From NCBI GenBank assembly GCA_951406725.2, contig OX597815.1, positions 206,894,001 through 206,958,000 of the forward strand: a stretch of 64,000 bases of DNA. Reading direction: 5' to 3'. The stretch comes from Octopus vulgaris (taxonomy: Eukaryota). Below are positions 1 through 13,389 of this stretch, one piece after another; positions within the stretch are counted from its first letter, which is position 1, and the number at the start of each line of letters is the position of its first letter. The notes under the pieces are model-generated. The model had not been told where the DNA came from, made no database searches, and saw only the letters and a list, made by a program, of their open reading frames with translations. A program made the translations under genes and the position numbers.

Positions 1-52
1 TATGAATTCCTTGTTTGCCGCCTGCCATTTAGACTAGTATTAGTTTATATAA

Positions 53-442
53 GTGGAGGCGCAATGGCCCAGTGGTTAGGGCAGCGGACTCGCGGTCATA
101 GGATCGCGGTTTCGATTCCCAGACCGGGCGTTGTGAGTGTTTATTGAGCGAAAACACCTAAAAGCTCCACGAGGCTTCGGCAGGGGATGGTGGTGATCCC
201 TGCTGTACTCTTTCACCACAACTTTCTCTCACTCTTACTTCCTGTTTTTGTTGTACCTGTATTTCAAAGGGCCGGCCTTGTCACTCTCTGTGTCACGCTG
301 AATATCCCCGAGAACTACGTTGAAGGTACACGTGTCTGTGGAGTGCTCAGCCACTTACACGTTAATTTCACGAGCAGGCTGTTCCGTTGATTCGGATCAA
401 CCGGAACCCTCGTCGTCGTAACCGACGGAGTGCTTCCATCCC
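53..442 (+). mobile_element. tRNA-derived SINE, head family A, body type A1
   Basis: tRNA(Arg)-like head with A box TGGCCCAGTGG and B box GTTTCGATTCC; TSD AGTTTATATAA at 42-52 and 443-453; near-identical copies at 9666, 18843 and 53012. Confidence 0.92.
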
Positions 443-2174
443 AGTTTATATAAACCAGTCTTGATTGCGAGACAATTCACATTTTACCATAATGATCCCT
501 TAATTTGTTAATATTCCTCATTAATTTACTAGTTAAATCATAGAATGTCTGTGAACATTTGTTTAATATTTAGCTTTATGTCAAACTACGGTCTGTTACC
601 CATTGTTTCTCTATAATGTCGGAATACTTTACGAAATTCTTCTGTAATTTCGGTAATTTTCCTAAATATCTATTCCAGATAAAGTAGCTATCCTTCCTCT
701 AGTACCTCTGGTAATTCTTTTAAAGCTATTTACATCACCGAAGTCAAGTTTTCCACATACTTATTCTTATCTTAGTTTCGTATTAATCACAGTCTAAATT
801 TTATCTGTTATCTATAGAACTGAGTAAATCTTCCATTTTCGCTTTTTTATTTTCATCTGAAATGTGTTCTTTATGATTCCATTTCGTGAAAATATTGTAT
901 GTAAATTGAAATCATGTAAATGGGTATTTCCCCTTATTGAATATACTTTATCTCACCAAGCAAGGGTTCTATACTTGCTAGAATTTCGATAAATGTTTTT
1001 AGGTCGTTCAAAATATCACTCAGTCAGACGGTTGTTGACATTTCACATGATATGTACAGCAGCTAATGTTCAAAACATATATTTTAAACGGTTTGAACTT
1101 AGGTTATTTACAGCGAGATTTAATAAGGAATGACATCAGTTAATTCAAAGCGTTGCTGTTTCTATGTAGCACTAATTCAGAATATATGGTGAGATTATCC
1201 ACACTTTTAATTCTATATTCCGTAAGAATTTGTGCATTCTTTTGCTCATTTGCTGTGCTGAAAAATTGCTTTTTTTCTCATGCAGTTTATGAAACAAAAA
1301 TAAATGCTTTTCTGCTTTTTTTTTACGTAAAGATAGACGTCTATACATTGGAGAAGTGAATAAACTGAATTTCAAAAACATCAGTAAGTTGTCATATCGA
1401 TAGGATATCTGGCAAACAGTTGATAAGTAGTTGATGGTTCGTATACTCTCACTGAAATGCATATTTGATATTTTTATTTATCATTTATTTATGGGTCTGT
1501 CAGGTGAAGAAGAGGAGTAACTATAATCTTTGTCAGATAGGTCTTCTGATATAGTTATCATTAAGTAGGAGGCCTGTTCCGAATGCTTGCATCAGAAAGG
1601 ATGTTGCCAAAGGTATTAATCGGGCAGACAGTGGTGTTAAGTTAAGTGAGGTAAGCCTACTCCACAGCAACAGAAAAAGTGGGGAAGTGGGGAGCGGTTC
1701 TTCCAACAGGATTTCGTAGGCTTTTTACCTACTGAATTTCAGTCACAATGCCATAGTTGAATCGAGTATCCGATAGCTCACACTTGCTTATGTGGGTTGC
1801 CGCCAAAGCCTTTGAACCTCCAACCACGTAGTTACGTAGCAGGCCTTATAAATATACAGCCATGCATTTGAAGTACAGTAACACTCTAAAGTTAGAATTT
1901 TGTTGATTCATAGTATTGAGTTCGCTATTTTCTGTAAATTTAAGTTCAAATTATAAACGCGAGTAATATGAGTTAATTTTTAAATATTTCACATTTACTG
2001 GACTAGGAAGTGAATTATTCGGTAAAAGATGTTTTAGAATTTTGTTTTGTTTATTTCAGTTGGTACATTCAAATTATATTAAATCATTTAATTGTCTTTT
2101 AATGAGAAAAAGCATGAAATAATCAAATATACATAGCAATTGTATTTATTAACTAATATAGTTGTCACCGTATC

Positions 2175-2782
2175 ACCTGAAAAGGAAGATAGGGCTGGAG
2201 AGAAAATGCCTGACTAAAAGAGTGTATGAAGAACGATGGAAGGATGTAGCACGGAAGTTGAGAATGGATGACACCACATAAATGTAAATCAGAACGAAAC
2301 CAAAAGTATCAGTGGTGAGGCGGGGCTCGTGGGGTCCGAGCTGAACCCGCCCCCACTCCACCTGTAATGTCTTCCGGTCTGTTTTTTCATTCGATTTTAT
2401 AATTTTTGCATTTTTGTGAATTTTTTGAATTTTTAATCTCATCCTTTTTGTAACCCCATCCGAGAATCTGACCCCACATCAGGTTGTATTGTCCCCTCTT
2501 TGTTTGCCCCTTGTGGGTAATAATAAAACAGATACCACATAAGTGGATGATACCACAAGACGAAAACCAAAGTATCAGTGGTGAGGCGGGGCTCGTGGGG
2601 TCCGAGCCAAACCCGCCCCCACTCCATCCGTAATGTCTTCCGGTCTGTTCTTCATTCGATTTCTTCATATTTTTGTATTTTTGTAAATTTTTAAATTCAT
2701 CTTTTTGTAATCCCATTCGAAAGTCTAAATCAGATTGTAATTGTCCCCTCTAAGTTCGCCCCTTGTGGGTAATAAAAAATCG
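2175..2782 (+). mobile_element. 3' end of Tx1/L1-like LINE with tandemly duplicated 3' UTR
   Basis: 20-bp TSD AATATAGTTGTCACCGTATC (2155-2174, 2783-2802); short ORF end HLKRKIGLERKCLTKRVYEERWKDVARKLRMDDTT*; UTR unit repeated at ~2294 and ~2559, each ending GCCCCTTGTGGGTAATAA; clade assignment is inference. Confidence 0.7.
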
Positions 2783-5363
2783 AATATAGTTGTCACCGTA
2801 TCTTTGTTGGCTATTTATTTAATATAATATTTGATGGCCATTTCTAACAAGAAATGAAAATTAAAGTTAACAAATAAAATGTTTGCAGCTCACCTACAAA
2901 TGGGAGGAATAAAATGGCGATAGGATGCAACCCAACTTGATATATCGTGGAGACGTCACAAGAGAGATTAGCCAAGTAACAACAGCTTAAAGAGTAAGCT
3001 GTGTTTTGTGCATATAAATCCAGAAACTATAATGCAAATTTGAAATTTTGCTTCGTATTTAAGCATCTTAATTAAATAGAAAATACTTAAAATATTTTTT
3101 CGTTTTATTTATAATTTAGTTTAGCTAGCAACATGCATATTTAAACAGTATTTACTATATACAACAATGATCAGTTGGTGAACTGGATAGATACACATTT
3201 TAGTACCTAACTCAATGAATCTTATTGTAATATTTCTTTTATCTATTTCAGTTTATTTGTCTCATAATACATCGTATTATTGAAAACTCCCTAGCGACAT
3301 CGTATTATTTTTAATGTCTTAGGAAGGAACAATTCTTATGGCCTTTTTTCAAGCACTCCTAGATCTGTAAGATTGCTGCCATTAATATTTCTCTTGAACA
3401 TTTGTAAGTCAACACATCTCTTCTGCTGGAAAGATATGAGCAAGGAATGAATTCCAGGGAACAGCAGTTTTGGAAATGGAGAACTTAGTGTAGTGATAAA
3501 TATGGGACCTGCGGGTATGTGAATGCTGAAACAGAGACGAATGGAGCTGGTATGAGAGTGGAGTGGGTATGAGCCAAGATAACTCCAAAGAGCAGAGACC
3601 ATTATAACTACGGTAGAAAAAGCAGAAAAGAGTTTGCCTGTAGACCAGAGGCCGGATCCTATCGTTTCAGGATACCGTCTCAGATATCAATGTTTGTGTT
3701 CAGCAGTTTCACAGATGAGAAAAATACTCCTTTTTAAATACATATTTATGTATTTCATATACTTTTATTTCATTGAAGTGCCCCTGCTTTCCCTAAAATT
3801 AATAATTTCAGTTTTGGGTATTGCAGTAAACTGAAATTCTCGTCAGTTATACACTGTTTCAATGCTGAATTGGTATATATGTACACTTAAGCACCGGTGA
3901 TAAGATACTATCAAATATTAATGTATTTGTGAATCTAGACACCAAATAGTCTCCAGTGAAGAAAATGGAGCAATATTTTTTATATAAAATATGCACGAGA
4001 GACAAGGAGATGTTTTTTCTTCATATCATATTGCAGATGCAATCAGCTTAAGTTATCATAAGCTAATGTTTCCTTTTTTCTTATAATTACTGTATCTAAT
4101 TATTCGCTTCATAAAGGTGGTGGAACGGTAGAATTTGTAGGGTATTCATCATAATTCCATTCCTCTATGGTTGATAAAATGAATACCAAATATGAACTGT
4201 TGTTCGCTCTATCAGCTATACCTATCTCGCACTAGATTTTAACTTTCTTTTAATATAAGAAATGATAATTATCATATAAAGCCTAATTGTTAATTCTATT
4301 ACTTATCTCAGAGTTTTTTAGTGTGAGTTTGAGTTATTCTTTTTACAAGGTGAGGAATATGAAGGAAATACTTTGCATTAGACACAGAAATGGTTTCTTT
4401 AAATAAAACATATTTCCAAATGAAAACGTTACTTTTGCTTAATATATAGAAAATAAGAGTTGCTGAAGTTATAATAGAAGTAGATGCTGTTAGCTCTTAT
4501 CCAGTATGTCTTTGATTAAAGTATAACTGTAATTTTTATGTCTACGAATATATTTTCCAATACGTATATCCTGTTTTAGGGTGATCAGGTAAATCTAGCA
4601 CCTGAAAAACTCTAGGGGGTTGCTGAAGTGACCCTAGAGTGATTCTAGAGGGTCACAATTTGGCTCTAGTTTTAAATGGTAGGTATAGTAGAAATGTCGA
4701 TATCGTAAATACTGATGATGATGACGATGACGTGAGCTGTAGATTTATTTGTTCCCGATTAAGATTGTGTTTTCTCGTAATTGTGAAACGTGACAAGTAA
4801 AATAACCTTTAAATAATTATTCTCACTAAATTCAAACATTTGATAATATAAAAAGTAAAAAAATTGATTGGCAAAAAAAATGGTTGTAAACTAGTAATCC
4901 AGAAACTACGTCAAGAGTGACTCTTCTCATCATACCACACAATGCCTTGTCTTACCCACACAACGTATCTTGGCACAAAATAAATTGCGCAAACTTATTT
5001 CTCAAGTGTTGCAGAAGTTATTTTCCTCCTCTATATTTATGTTGCAAATGTCAACCTGCAGAAGTTGAACCTGAATCTGAAGCAAGTCAACCTCACTAAC
5101 TTTGGAAGGCCAGTGGGCGTCAAGAGTGTTAATCCTTCTCACTTGGCAAAAAAACAAAACAACAGGCAAAAATATACGCAGAGATTAAAAAGTTTATTCA
5201 TTCTATTTTATATGGCTTTAATTTGCTATAGCATTCTAGAATGTTCGAATCGAGTTCTGAACTTTAAAAAAATGTGTTGGGGGTTGCCATTATTTTTCAT
5301 TATCATAGTGACTATAAAATATTCAATAAGAATACGATATTGCCATTCATTCTTATATATTTC

Positions 5364-5409
<46 letters not shown>

Positions 5410-5527
5410 ATACATCTCTCTCTCTCTACACTCACACACACACATATATATATATATATATGTATGCATGTGTGTGTGTGTGTGTGCAGACTTATACATT
5501 TATATGTTTGCACACACACGCACACAT
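5364..5527. repeat. compound (TA)n/(TG)n/(CA)n microsatellite
   Basis: direct reading. Confidence 0.9.
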
Positions 5528-5555
5528 TTCAAACCCAGGTTCGAAATTTCCCTAA

Positions 5556-5601
5556 GACACCTGATGAAGGCTGGAGGGTATATCAGCCGAAACGTTGTGT
5601 T
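5556..5601 (+). ncRNA. minimal type I hammerhead ribozyme motif (Penelope-like element type)
   Basis: GACAC-CTGATGA-A-GGCTG(gagggtatat)CAGCC-GAAA-CGTT^GTGTT: core boxes, 5-bp stem II, palindromic mini stem III (AACGTT), stem I GACAC/GTGTT. Confidence 0.75.
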
Positions 5602-6566
5602 AACAACAAACAAGATGAGGACAAATATCTGTCGAATGTAAATAACGTATATACATTTATATGTGTTTAGAAGTTTATAATTATTTGCAGATATATCTCA
5701 GACATATCTCAACAAAACCATCTGCTAAATATATTACATTTTTAAACGTTTACTAAGGTAGTTACTGGCTTATCGATGAATATTCTATTATTCGATTTTC
5801 AATGTGACGATAATTTTCTTATTATTAAGAAGGAAATCACTAACGTACTGTTGGTATATATTACATGATAGCAATATGCAAATAATTCAGTTCAATTGCT
5901 TAAAGTTTCAATCCAAGTGATATATTCTCAACATTGCAAATACTGAAAAAACATAAGCGGCCGTTATAGAGTGTCACTAGCTGCTTTTAGTACAGAAATA
6001 TAACCTTCAGTTCTTGCTGTTGTCGCAAGTTACATCGTTAGTAGAAGCGCAATGCGACAAACGTACAAAATAAGAAGATGAAGAGATGGGCTTCTATTTA
6101 AAAGGCTGGTTCTCTAAGGATTCAATCAGCTGCAGAATTCATAACCTGAATAATTAAACGCGAAAGAAATTTTTTTAAAAATCTGTGTGTGAAGACAGTT
6201 AATGATATTTCGAGAGTTACGGAGAAGAGAAATGCATTATATAATATTTCTGTATCGTGGTATTTTAAGTGGATATTTATAGAATAAAAGTACGTGAAAT
6301 GCTTAGTTAGTGGTGGTGTCGGAAATGGAATGTTTAGTGTATTTTGTGTTAAGGTTAGAAACCATCTGGAGAATATCATAGCTTTTACTACAACATTGTC
6401 TTTTATACTAAAGACAAGGTTAGCAAGCATCTGAAAGTAATTCTGATACTATTTTACAGCTTCAAGGAGATCAGTAACAGATATAGGTCGTTCGTGCAGT
6501 AGAACGAGGGTGAAATGCGTCATTGGCTCTGGTGGAAGATCATTGTTATCAATTTAAATACATTAC

Positions 6567-6720
6567 GGACGCGAGCTGGAAAAGTCGTTAGCACACCGGG
6601 CAAAATACTTAGCCGTATTTCGTCTGTCTTTATGTTCTGAGTTCAAATTTCGCCAAGGTCGACTTTGCCTTTCACCCTTTTGGAGTTGATAAAGTAAGTA
6701 GCGGTGGCAAAATTTGAAAC
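6567..6720 (+). mobile_element. SINE family C, internally deleted
   Basis: GAGCTGG..GTTAGCAC head, GAGTTCAAAT B box, GTCGACTTTGCCTTTCA core, followed by (TTA)n. Confidence 0.8.
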
Positions 6721-6736
6721 TATTATTATTATTATT

Positions 6737-7148
6737 GTATCTTTTAGGTTTGAACGGCAGTTTTTAACATAATTTCTAGGTAACTAAAAAATTGTAAACT
6801 TCCTATACTGGTAGAATGTGTTTATAAAACATCTTTTTCTCTTGGCTTTATTGAGAAAATTCTATAGTTTGTAAGATATTTGTTGTTTTTTGTCTTCAAT
6901 TTCTGCAATTTCAACCAATCACTGACGTCCATTGAGGAAAACATTTTGTGCCGTATGAATATGTCCCTCGTTTAAGAAACAGATTGGGTTTATTTACATT
7001 TGTGAAGAAAAAAAGATACCCTTCCCCTAACCCTAACCCTAACCCTAAAATAGATTGAAATGCAATAGATCATTACTAGGGTCATAATTATGGGTGACAA
7101 TTTCATATGACACCGCTAGAAAAAACTGCCGTTCAAACCGAAAGATCC
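6737..7148 (+). mobile_element. MITE with GGATCTTTTCGGTTTGAACGGCAGTTTTT TIRs and internal TAACCC repeats
   Basis: TIRs at both ends; flanks compatible with an 8-bp TSD TTATTATT inside (TTA)n; four further copies in the window. Confidence 0.9.
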
Positions 7149-7193
<45 letters not shown>

Positions 7194-7194
<1 letters not shown>

Positions 7195-7407
7195 GGCTGC
7201 TAGCTAGCAGAATCGTTAGCACACCAAGCAAAATGCTTAACGTTTTTACGTTCTGAGTTCAAATTTTGCCGAGGTCCACTTTGCCTTTCATTCTTTCGGG
7301 GTCGATAAATTAAGTAAACACTAGGATCGATGTAATCAATTATTCCTCCCCACCACCCACCAAAAAAAATTCAGGCCTTGTGCCTATAGTAGAAAGGCTT
7401 ATTATTA
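7194..7407 (+). mobile_element. SINE family C with GGCCTTGTGCCTATAGTAGAAA tail
   Basis: same head and core as the 51910 copy but a different 3' tail. Confidence 0.8.
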
Positions 7408-7611
7408 CATTGTTTTTTGAGCTATTTTGAAATCGGTGTGAAGGTTTATTGGTCTCTTTTTCCCCCACCGGAATGACACTGAAAAATATGAAATCTCGGT
7501 TATTCATTTAAGAGATAAATACTTTATCTTGTCAGAAAAACTTTTGTGGGCAAACCGCCGAAAATCACAAAACAACAATAGATTCAATGAGCGAATGAAG
7601 AAATCTCTGTA

Positions 7612-8034
7612 CAGGAGTGGATGTGTGGTAAGTAGCTTGCTAACCAACCACATGGTTCCGGGTTCAGTCCCACTGCGTGGCATCTTGGGCAAGTGTCTTC
7701 TGCTATAGCCCCGGGCCGACCAATGCCTTGTGAGTGGATTTGGTAGACGGAAACTGAAAGAAGCCTGTCGTATATATGTATGTATGTATATATATATATG
7801 TATGTGTGTGTGTGTTTGTGCCTGTGTTTGTCCCCCTAGCATTGCTTGACAACCGATGCTGGTGTGTTTATGTCCCCGTTACTAAGCGGTTCGGCAAAAG
7901 AGACCGATTAAATAAGTACTGGGCTTACAAAGAATAAGTTCCGGGGTCGATTTGCTCGACTAAAGGCGGTGCTCCAGCATGGCCGCAGTCAAATGACTGA
8001 TACAAGTAAAAGAGTAAAAGAGTATAAAAGAGTA
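7612..8034 (+). mobile_element. SINE family B
   Basis: tRNA-like head with GGTTCAGTCCC B box, CORE-like TTGGGCAAGTGTCTT, internal (TA)/(TG) tract, (AAAAGAGT)n tail. Confidence 0.9.
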
Positions 8035-8200
8035 ATCATTCGAACATATGGAAATAACAACGAAGTCTCCAGCGAATTCTGTGTTACTATTCTAAAGAAA
8101 AGGATTTTTGAATAATGTAATCTTAGATACATCACTCCTGAAAAATTGATCTGCTTAAAGAAGGCTGATCTAGAACTAAGTAGCGCCAGCAGCAACAGCT

Positions 8201-8699
8201 GTGGAGGCGCAATGGCCCAGTGGTTAGGGCAGCGGACTCGCGGTCGTAAGAACGCGGTTTCGATTCCCAGACCGGGCATTGTGGGCGTTTATTGAGCAAA
8301 AAACAACTAAGCTCTACGATGCTCCGGCGGCGGGGTGGGGAGGGTGTCCGATGAACCCCGCTGTACTCTTTCACCACAACTTTCTCTCACTCTTTCTTCC
8401 TACTTCTGCCACAAAGCAGAGGAACCATGGTGTAACCCACTATGGTGTGGTAAACTTTCAGACCCTAGCCTAGATTTCGAATCCTCCGTACCCCAGGATG
8501 GTTCAGCTCTCCACCCATTAAAAGCCACCGTTTACGGGATGAGGATAACAACGTAGCTTTCGCGCCCGTGCAACCGCCAATCTATCGTGTGTGATGGGTG
8601 GATCTTCAAGTTGCCACACGCATTCTTAGTAGCTTAGAGTAGGCTCGAATTAGAGATTATTCTTTGTGGCTAATGACGTGAGTCCTGATAAGAAGATGA
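8201..8699 (+). mobile_element. SINE head A, body type A2
   Basis: head A; 13-bp TSD AGCAGCAACAGCT (8188-8200, 8700-8712); second copy at 29810. Confidence 0.9.
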
Positions 8700-8905
8700 A
8701 GCAGCAACAGCTCACATGGTAACAGCTTACAGAACTGAACATAAATATCAGTGTAAACTTAGTTTCGCCTTATTCGCACTCTGAGTAGCGTATGATAATC
8801 TATGAAGTGTACATTTATACGTAAAATCATCGTTTTGCCGGAAAACAATTAAACGAAGAGATACAAACAGACCTCACCAGCAAACCATTAAACTTTGAGA
8901 TAGTC

Positions 8906-9483
8906 CAGGTGTCGGGGAAATTTTTTAAGCAATTACCGCAAAATATATTATATTTGTGCCGACGTTATCCGCTTGATTTGAAAGGAAGAAAATCGTAGAT
9001 TCTTTGAATTCAAAAGGTCTACTGAATCTATTTATGTGGAGAATACAATTATAAATATAAATAGTATAAAACAAATGCAATGAAATAAATTAATATCCTC
9101 ATTATGAAATAAAAGGATTTTTCTAGAAAATGTTTACTTTAGATTTTGGAGAGATGATGTTTCATTTTTGTTACAATTGCATCAAATTTGGGACATTTTG
9201 ATGCCAGAGCAATTTCGATACAGTCTTCGGGGTCCAATCGATTACTTTGCTTTGTTTTTATGTTCATTGGAGTGGAAAATATTTTTTCACAAAGATAAGT
9301 TGTTGCAAAAGGCAAGCAACTTTTTGACTGCTTTCTCATGCAAAAAAAAAAAAAAATTCTCTCATAACAAAGAACAGGCTTTTTTTTTATATAATTTTAT
9401 TTATGTCTAATGAGTCCTCATTATTCTCAAGAATTTCATTTTAACCCCACTTGGGGTAATTTACCCCTGTTTACCAACCTCTG
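8906..9483 (-). mobile_element. internally deleted hAT (Charlie/Buster-type) transposon
   Basis: ORF 9139-9339 encodes the hAT dimerisation motif LPFATTYLCEKIFS..IKTKQSNRL; CAG termini; 8-bp TSD AGATAGTC/ACATAGTC with central TA. Confidence 0.85.
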
Positions 9484-9665
9484 ACATAGTCGAAGCGGAT
9501 TTAAATTTAGAATCTTCTATAACCGGGTATGTGTTGGTGTATTACAAAAAGATTCGTGTAGAAATAAAAGTAGAAATTTTGGGCTTATCTTACTTTGCCA
9601 ATGAAAATAAAGAATATAAAGTTGTTCATAGGAAAGGACCAAAATATGTAGTAGTAGATATCAAT

Positions 9666-10052
9666 GGATGGAAGCACTCCGTCGGTTACGACGACGAGGG
9701 TTCTTGTTGATCCAATCAACAGAACAGCCTGCTCGTGAAATTAACGTGTAAGTGGCTGAGCACTCCACAGACACGTGCACCCTTAACGTAGTTCTCGGGG
9801 ATATTCAGCGTGACACAGAGAGTGACAAGGTCGGCCCTTTGAAATACAGGTACAACAGAAACAAGAAGAAAGAGTGAGAGAAAGTTGTGGTGAAAGAGTA
9901 CAGCAGGGATCACCACCATCCCCTGCCGGAGCCTCGTGGAGCTTTAGGTGTTTTCGCTCAATAAACACTCACAACGCCCGGTCTGGGAATCGAAACCGCG
10001 ATCCTATGACCGCGAGTCCGCTGCCCTAACCACTGGGCCATTGCGCCTCCAC
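9666..10052 (-). mobile_element. SINE A1
   Basis: reverse complement of 53-442; TSD AGTAGATATCAAT (9653-9665, 10053-10065). Confidence 0.92.
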
Positions 10053-10827
10053 AGTAGATATCAATATTCTTATATACAAAAGGTGTTCAAAACTTTATTA
10101 TTATTTTAAACATTTATTGGGATTTCAAAAATATTCGCGATGTTGGTAAAATTCAGAAATATCAAGTGTGAAAAATTGAAATTGAACTCAAAAAGAATTT
10201 GAACGGGGAAGTGACAAGACAAACAACTATGACATAAAATATTGTAGCTATAAGGGAACAGGGAAATATTCTGCTGATACCGTTCACAAGAGTATTAGTG
10301 ACGTAAGTGAAGCGAGAGGTTTCCACCCAAGAATGAAAATTAGGTCAGAAAATTGACACGATGGAAAATTATCTCAGCTCTACGGGGATCTTCCCAATTA
10401 ACACGTTAATGCATAACGTGCATTTTGGCTTGCTTTTCTCTCTGTTGTTCATGCGAAAAGATAATAATAATAATAATAATAATTTTAGCATAACAATTTT
10501 ATAGTGGGAGAATTAATTTCATCGCAACTTTATTTAGCTTTCTGTACAAATAGAGAGATAACTTCAAAAGCAGTTATTTATTGAAGTATGTTTTTACATT
10601 GTACTACATACATTACCCGAGTCAGGTTAGTTTCTTGCATTTCCTGTCGATAAGAAATTTGAAAATTACTCTCAGATAATACGAATATCTTAGTACAAAG
10701 GCATCCTTACTTTGCAGTGCATATTTAATGGAAGAGAATGTACAACTTATCTTGCTGCTGAAACACGAAAAAGTAGAGTGTGTCTGTGTGTATGTGTATG
10801 TATTTATACTTGTATATACCTATATAT

Positions 10828-11142
10828 GTGGAGGCGCAATGGCCCCGTGGTTAGGGCAGCGGATTCGCGGTCGGAGGATCGCGGTTTTGATTCCCAGACC
10901 GGGCGTTGTGTGTGTTTATTGAGCGAAAACACCTAAAGCTCCACGAGGCTTCGGCAGCGGGTGGTGGCGACCCCTGTTGTACTCCTTCGCCCCAACTTCC
11001 TCTCACTCTCTCTTCCGTTTCTTGAGTAACGGTGCGATGGACTGGCGTCCCGACCAGCTGGGGGGAACACATCCGCCACAGAAACCGGGAAACCGGGCCC
11101 ATGAGCCTGGCTAGGCTTGCAAAGGGCGCATAAATAAAAAAA
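10828..11142 (+). mobile_element. SINE head A, body type A3 (V-domain-like)
   Basis: head A followed by TGCGATGGACTGGCGTCCC...CAGAAACCGGGA, which resembles the V-SINE central domain; A-rich tail. Confidence 0.8.
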
Positions 11143-11194
11143 ATATATGTATATATATATATAGATATATCCACACACACACACACAAGCGTAT

Positions 11195-11418
11195 ATACGG
11201 TGGGGCCCTGAGAAGTTCCTGGCTTTGGGTGAAAGAAAATAGAGGAGGATGAGTTAATTATGATTTTATTCTACATATTCCCTTCAGATTCACTTACTTA
11301 TTGCAGTAGTCCTTCAATTTTTCTAAGCTTGTGAAAAAACCTCGGAAGTTTGGGCCCCGACCAATCAGACCTTTCGCGAGACTTTTAAAGACAGTAAATT
11401 TTCAGCAACGACTCGTAT
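11195..11418 (-). mobile_element. mariner-derived MITE, degenerate
   Basis: TA-flanked imperfect TIRs (TACG..GG..CTGA.AAGTTCCTGGC); reverse-complement homolog of 43662-43868. Confidence 0.7.
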
Positions 11419-12018
11419 AACACAAATACACACACACTCACACACAGAGACACACAGGCACATTCTAATGTACATTTTTAATTGTGTGGGTGTGTATTTA
11501 AGCGAGTCAACATTTACGATTAAGTTGACCAGCATTCTATTTATGTTATGTCCATCTATGTCTTCTACAACGGCAGCTCAATAAAATTTGCGATGATAAA
11601 ATAAATAGCAAACTTGAAATGCCGGCATAGCATGGTTGCATTCAAACGACGGAAAAAACCGGTCACAGAAAAAATGTATAAACATGTATATATGGACGTA
11701 GTTTTATATACATATATAGATATGTGTGTGTGAGGATATACATGTGTGAGCGTATCTATATGTAAGTTTGTGTAGACGTGTGTTTATGTATGTATGTATG
11801 TCTCTGCGTACGTATGTGTATACATTTAAGAATGTACATATCGTCGATTGCGACAAAGAATTTGATTTCGCAACCACGTGGTTCCAGGTTCGTTTTCAGT
11901 GCCATTACCATTGGGTTTGGGTAGATGTCTTCCGTCTCAGACCTGGATTCGCCTTTTATCTGCGAATGCTATTTCGCAAATTTAAGTCGTTTGAAGGTTT
12001 GTGAATATAAATACGGAT

Positions 12019-12520
<502 letters not shown>

Positions 12521-12612
12521 AGATAAGCACACAAACATATGCACGAGAAAAAGCCATTGCCACAGTTTATTTAGAGAGACATAAATAAATAGTGGCAAGA
12601 AAACATTCTAAT

Positions 12613-13058
12613 AGGCGCAGGAGTGGCTGTGTGGTAAGTAATTTGCTTATGAACCACATGGTTCCGGGTTCAGTCCTACTGCGTGGCACCTTTGGTAAGT
12701 GTCTTCTACTATAGCCTCGGGCCGACCAAAGCCTTGTGAGTGGATTTGGTAGACGGAAACTAAAAGAAGCCCGTCGTATGTATATATATATATATATATG
12801 TGTATGTGCGTGTTTGTGTGTCTGTGTTTGTCCCCCCAACATTGCTTGACAACCGATGATTGGTATGTTTACGTCCCTGTAACTTAGCGGTTCGGCAAAA
12901 AAGAGACCGATTAAATAAGTTCTAGGCTTACAAAGAATAAGTCTTGGGGTCGATTTGATCGACTAAAAAAGGCGGTGCTCCAGCATGGCCACAGTCACAT
13001 GACTGAAATAAGTAAAATAAAAAAATAAAAAAATAAAATAAAATAAAAAATAAAAAAT
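12613..13058 (+). mobile_element. SINE family B
   Basis: full-length match to other B copies; A-rich tail. Confidence 0.9.
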
Positions 13059-13389
13059 ACCTGAAACAATATGCAAGCATCTGAAACCCTGCGGAACTTC
13101 GGGGAAAAAACCCAAAGAGATTTAAATCTTGAACACTTTGAAGCGCTAGAAAGAGCATTTCAATAGACACCCAAACAGCGTTACTTCTGAAGGTGAATAC
13201 TTCATCGAAACAATGCACTGCGTTCTCCCTCAGCATTGAATATCAACTTTGACCGACATATCATGAACACACTACAGCTCTGAGTCGAGTGTAGCGATGA
13301 AACGGACAACTGACCTTCGAACTCAATCATGAAAGAGGGTTACGTTTATAACAAGATATTTCTTTTACATGATACTTATTCTTCCAAGG

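Noticed and set aside
53-130. tRNA genes at SINE heads
   Set aside because: No proper acceptor stem; continuous with SINE bodies and flanked by TSDs
187-390. Recurring ORF MVVIPAVLFHH... (also at 9716, 18976, 53060)
   Set aside because: It recurs only because it lies inside SINE A1 copies; no protein motif
3795-3850. Minus-strand CTGACGAG followed by an 11-bp stem
   Set aside because: No GAAA, stem III or cleavage triplet after the stem; at most a decayed relic
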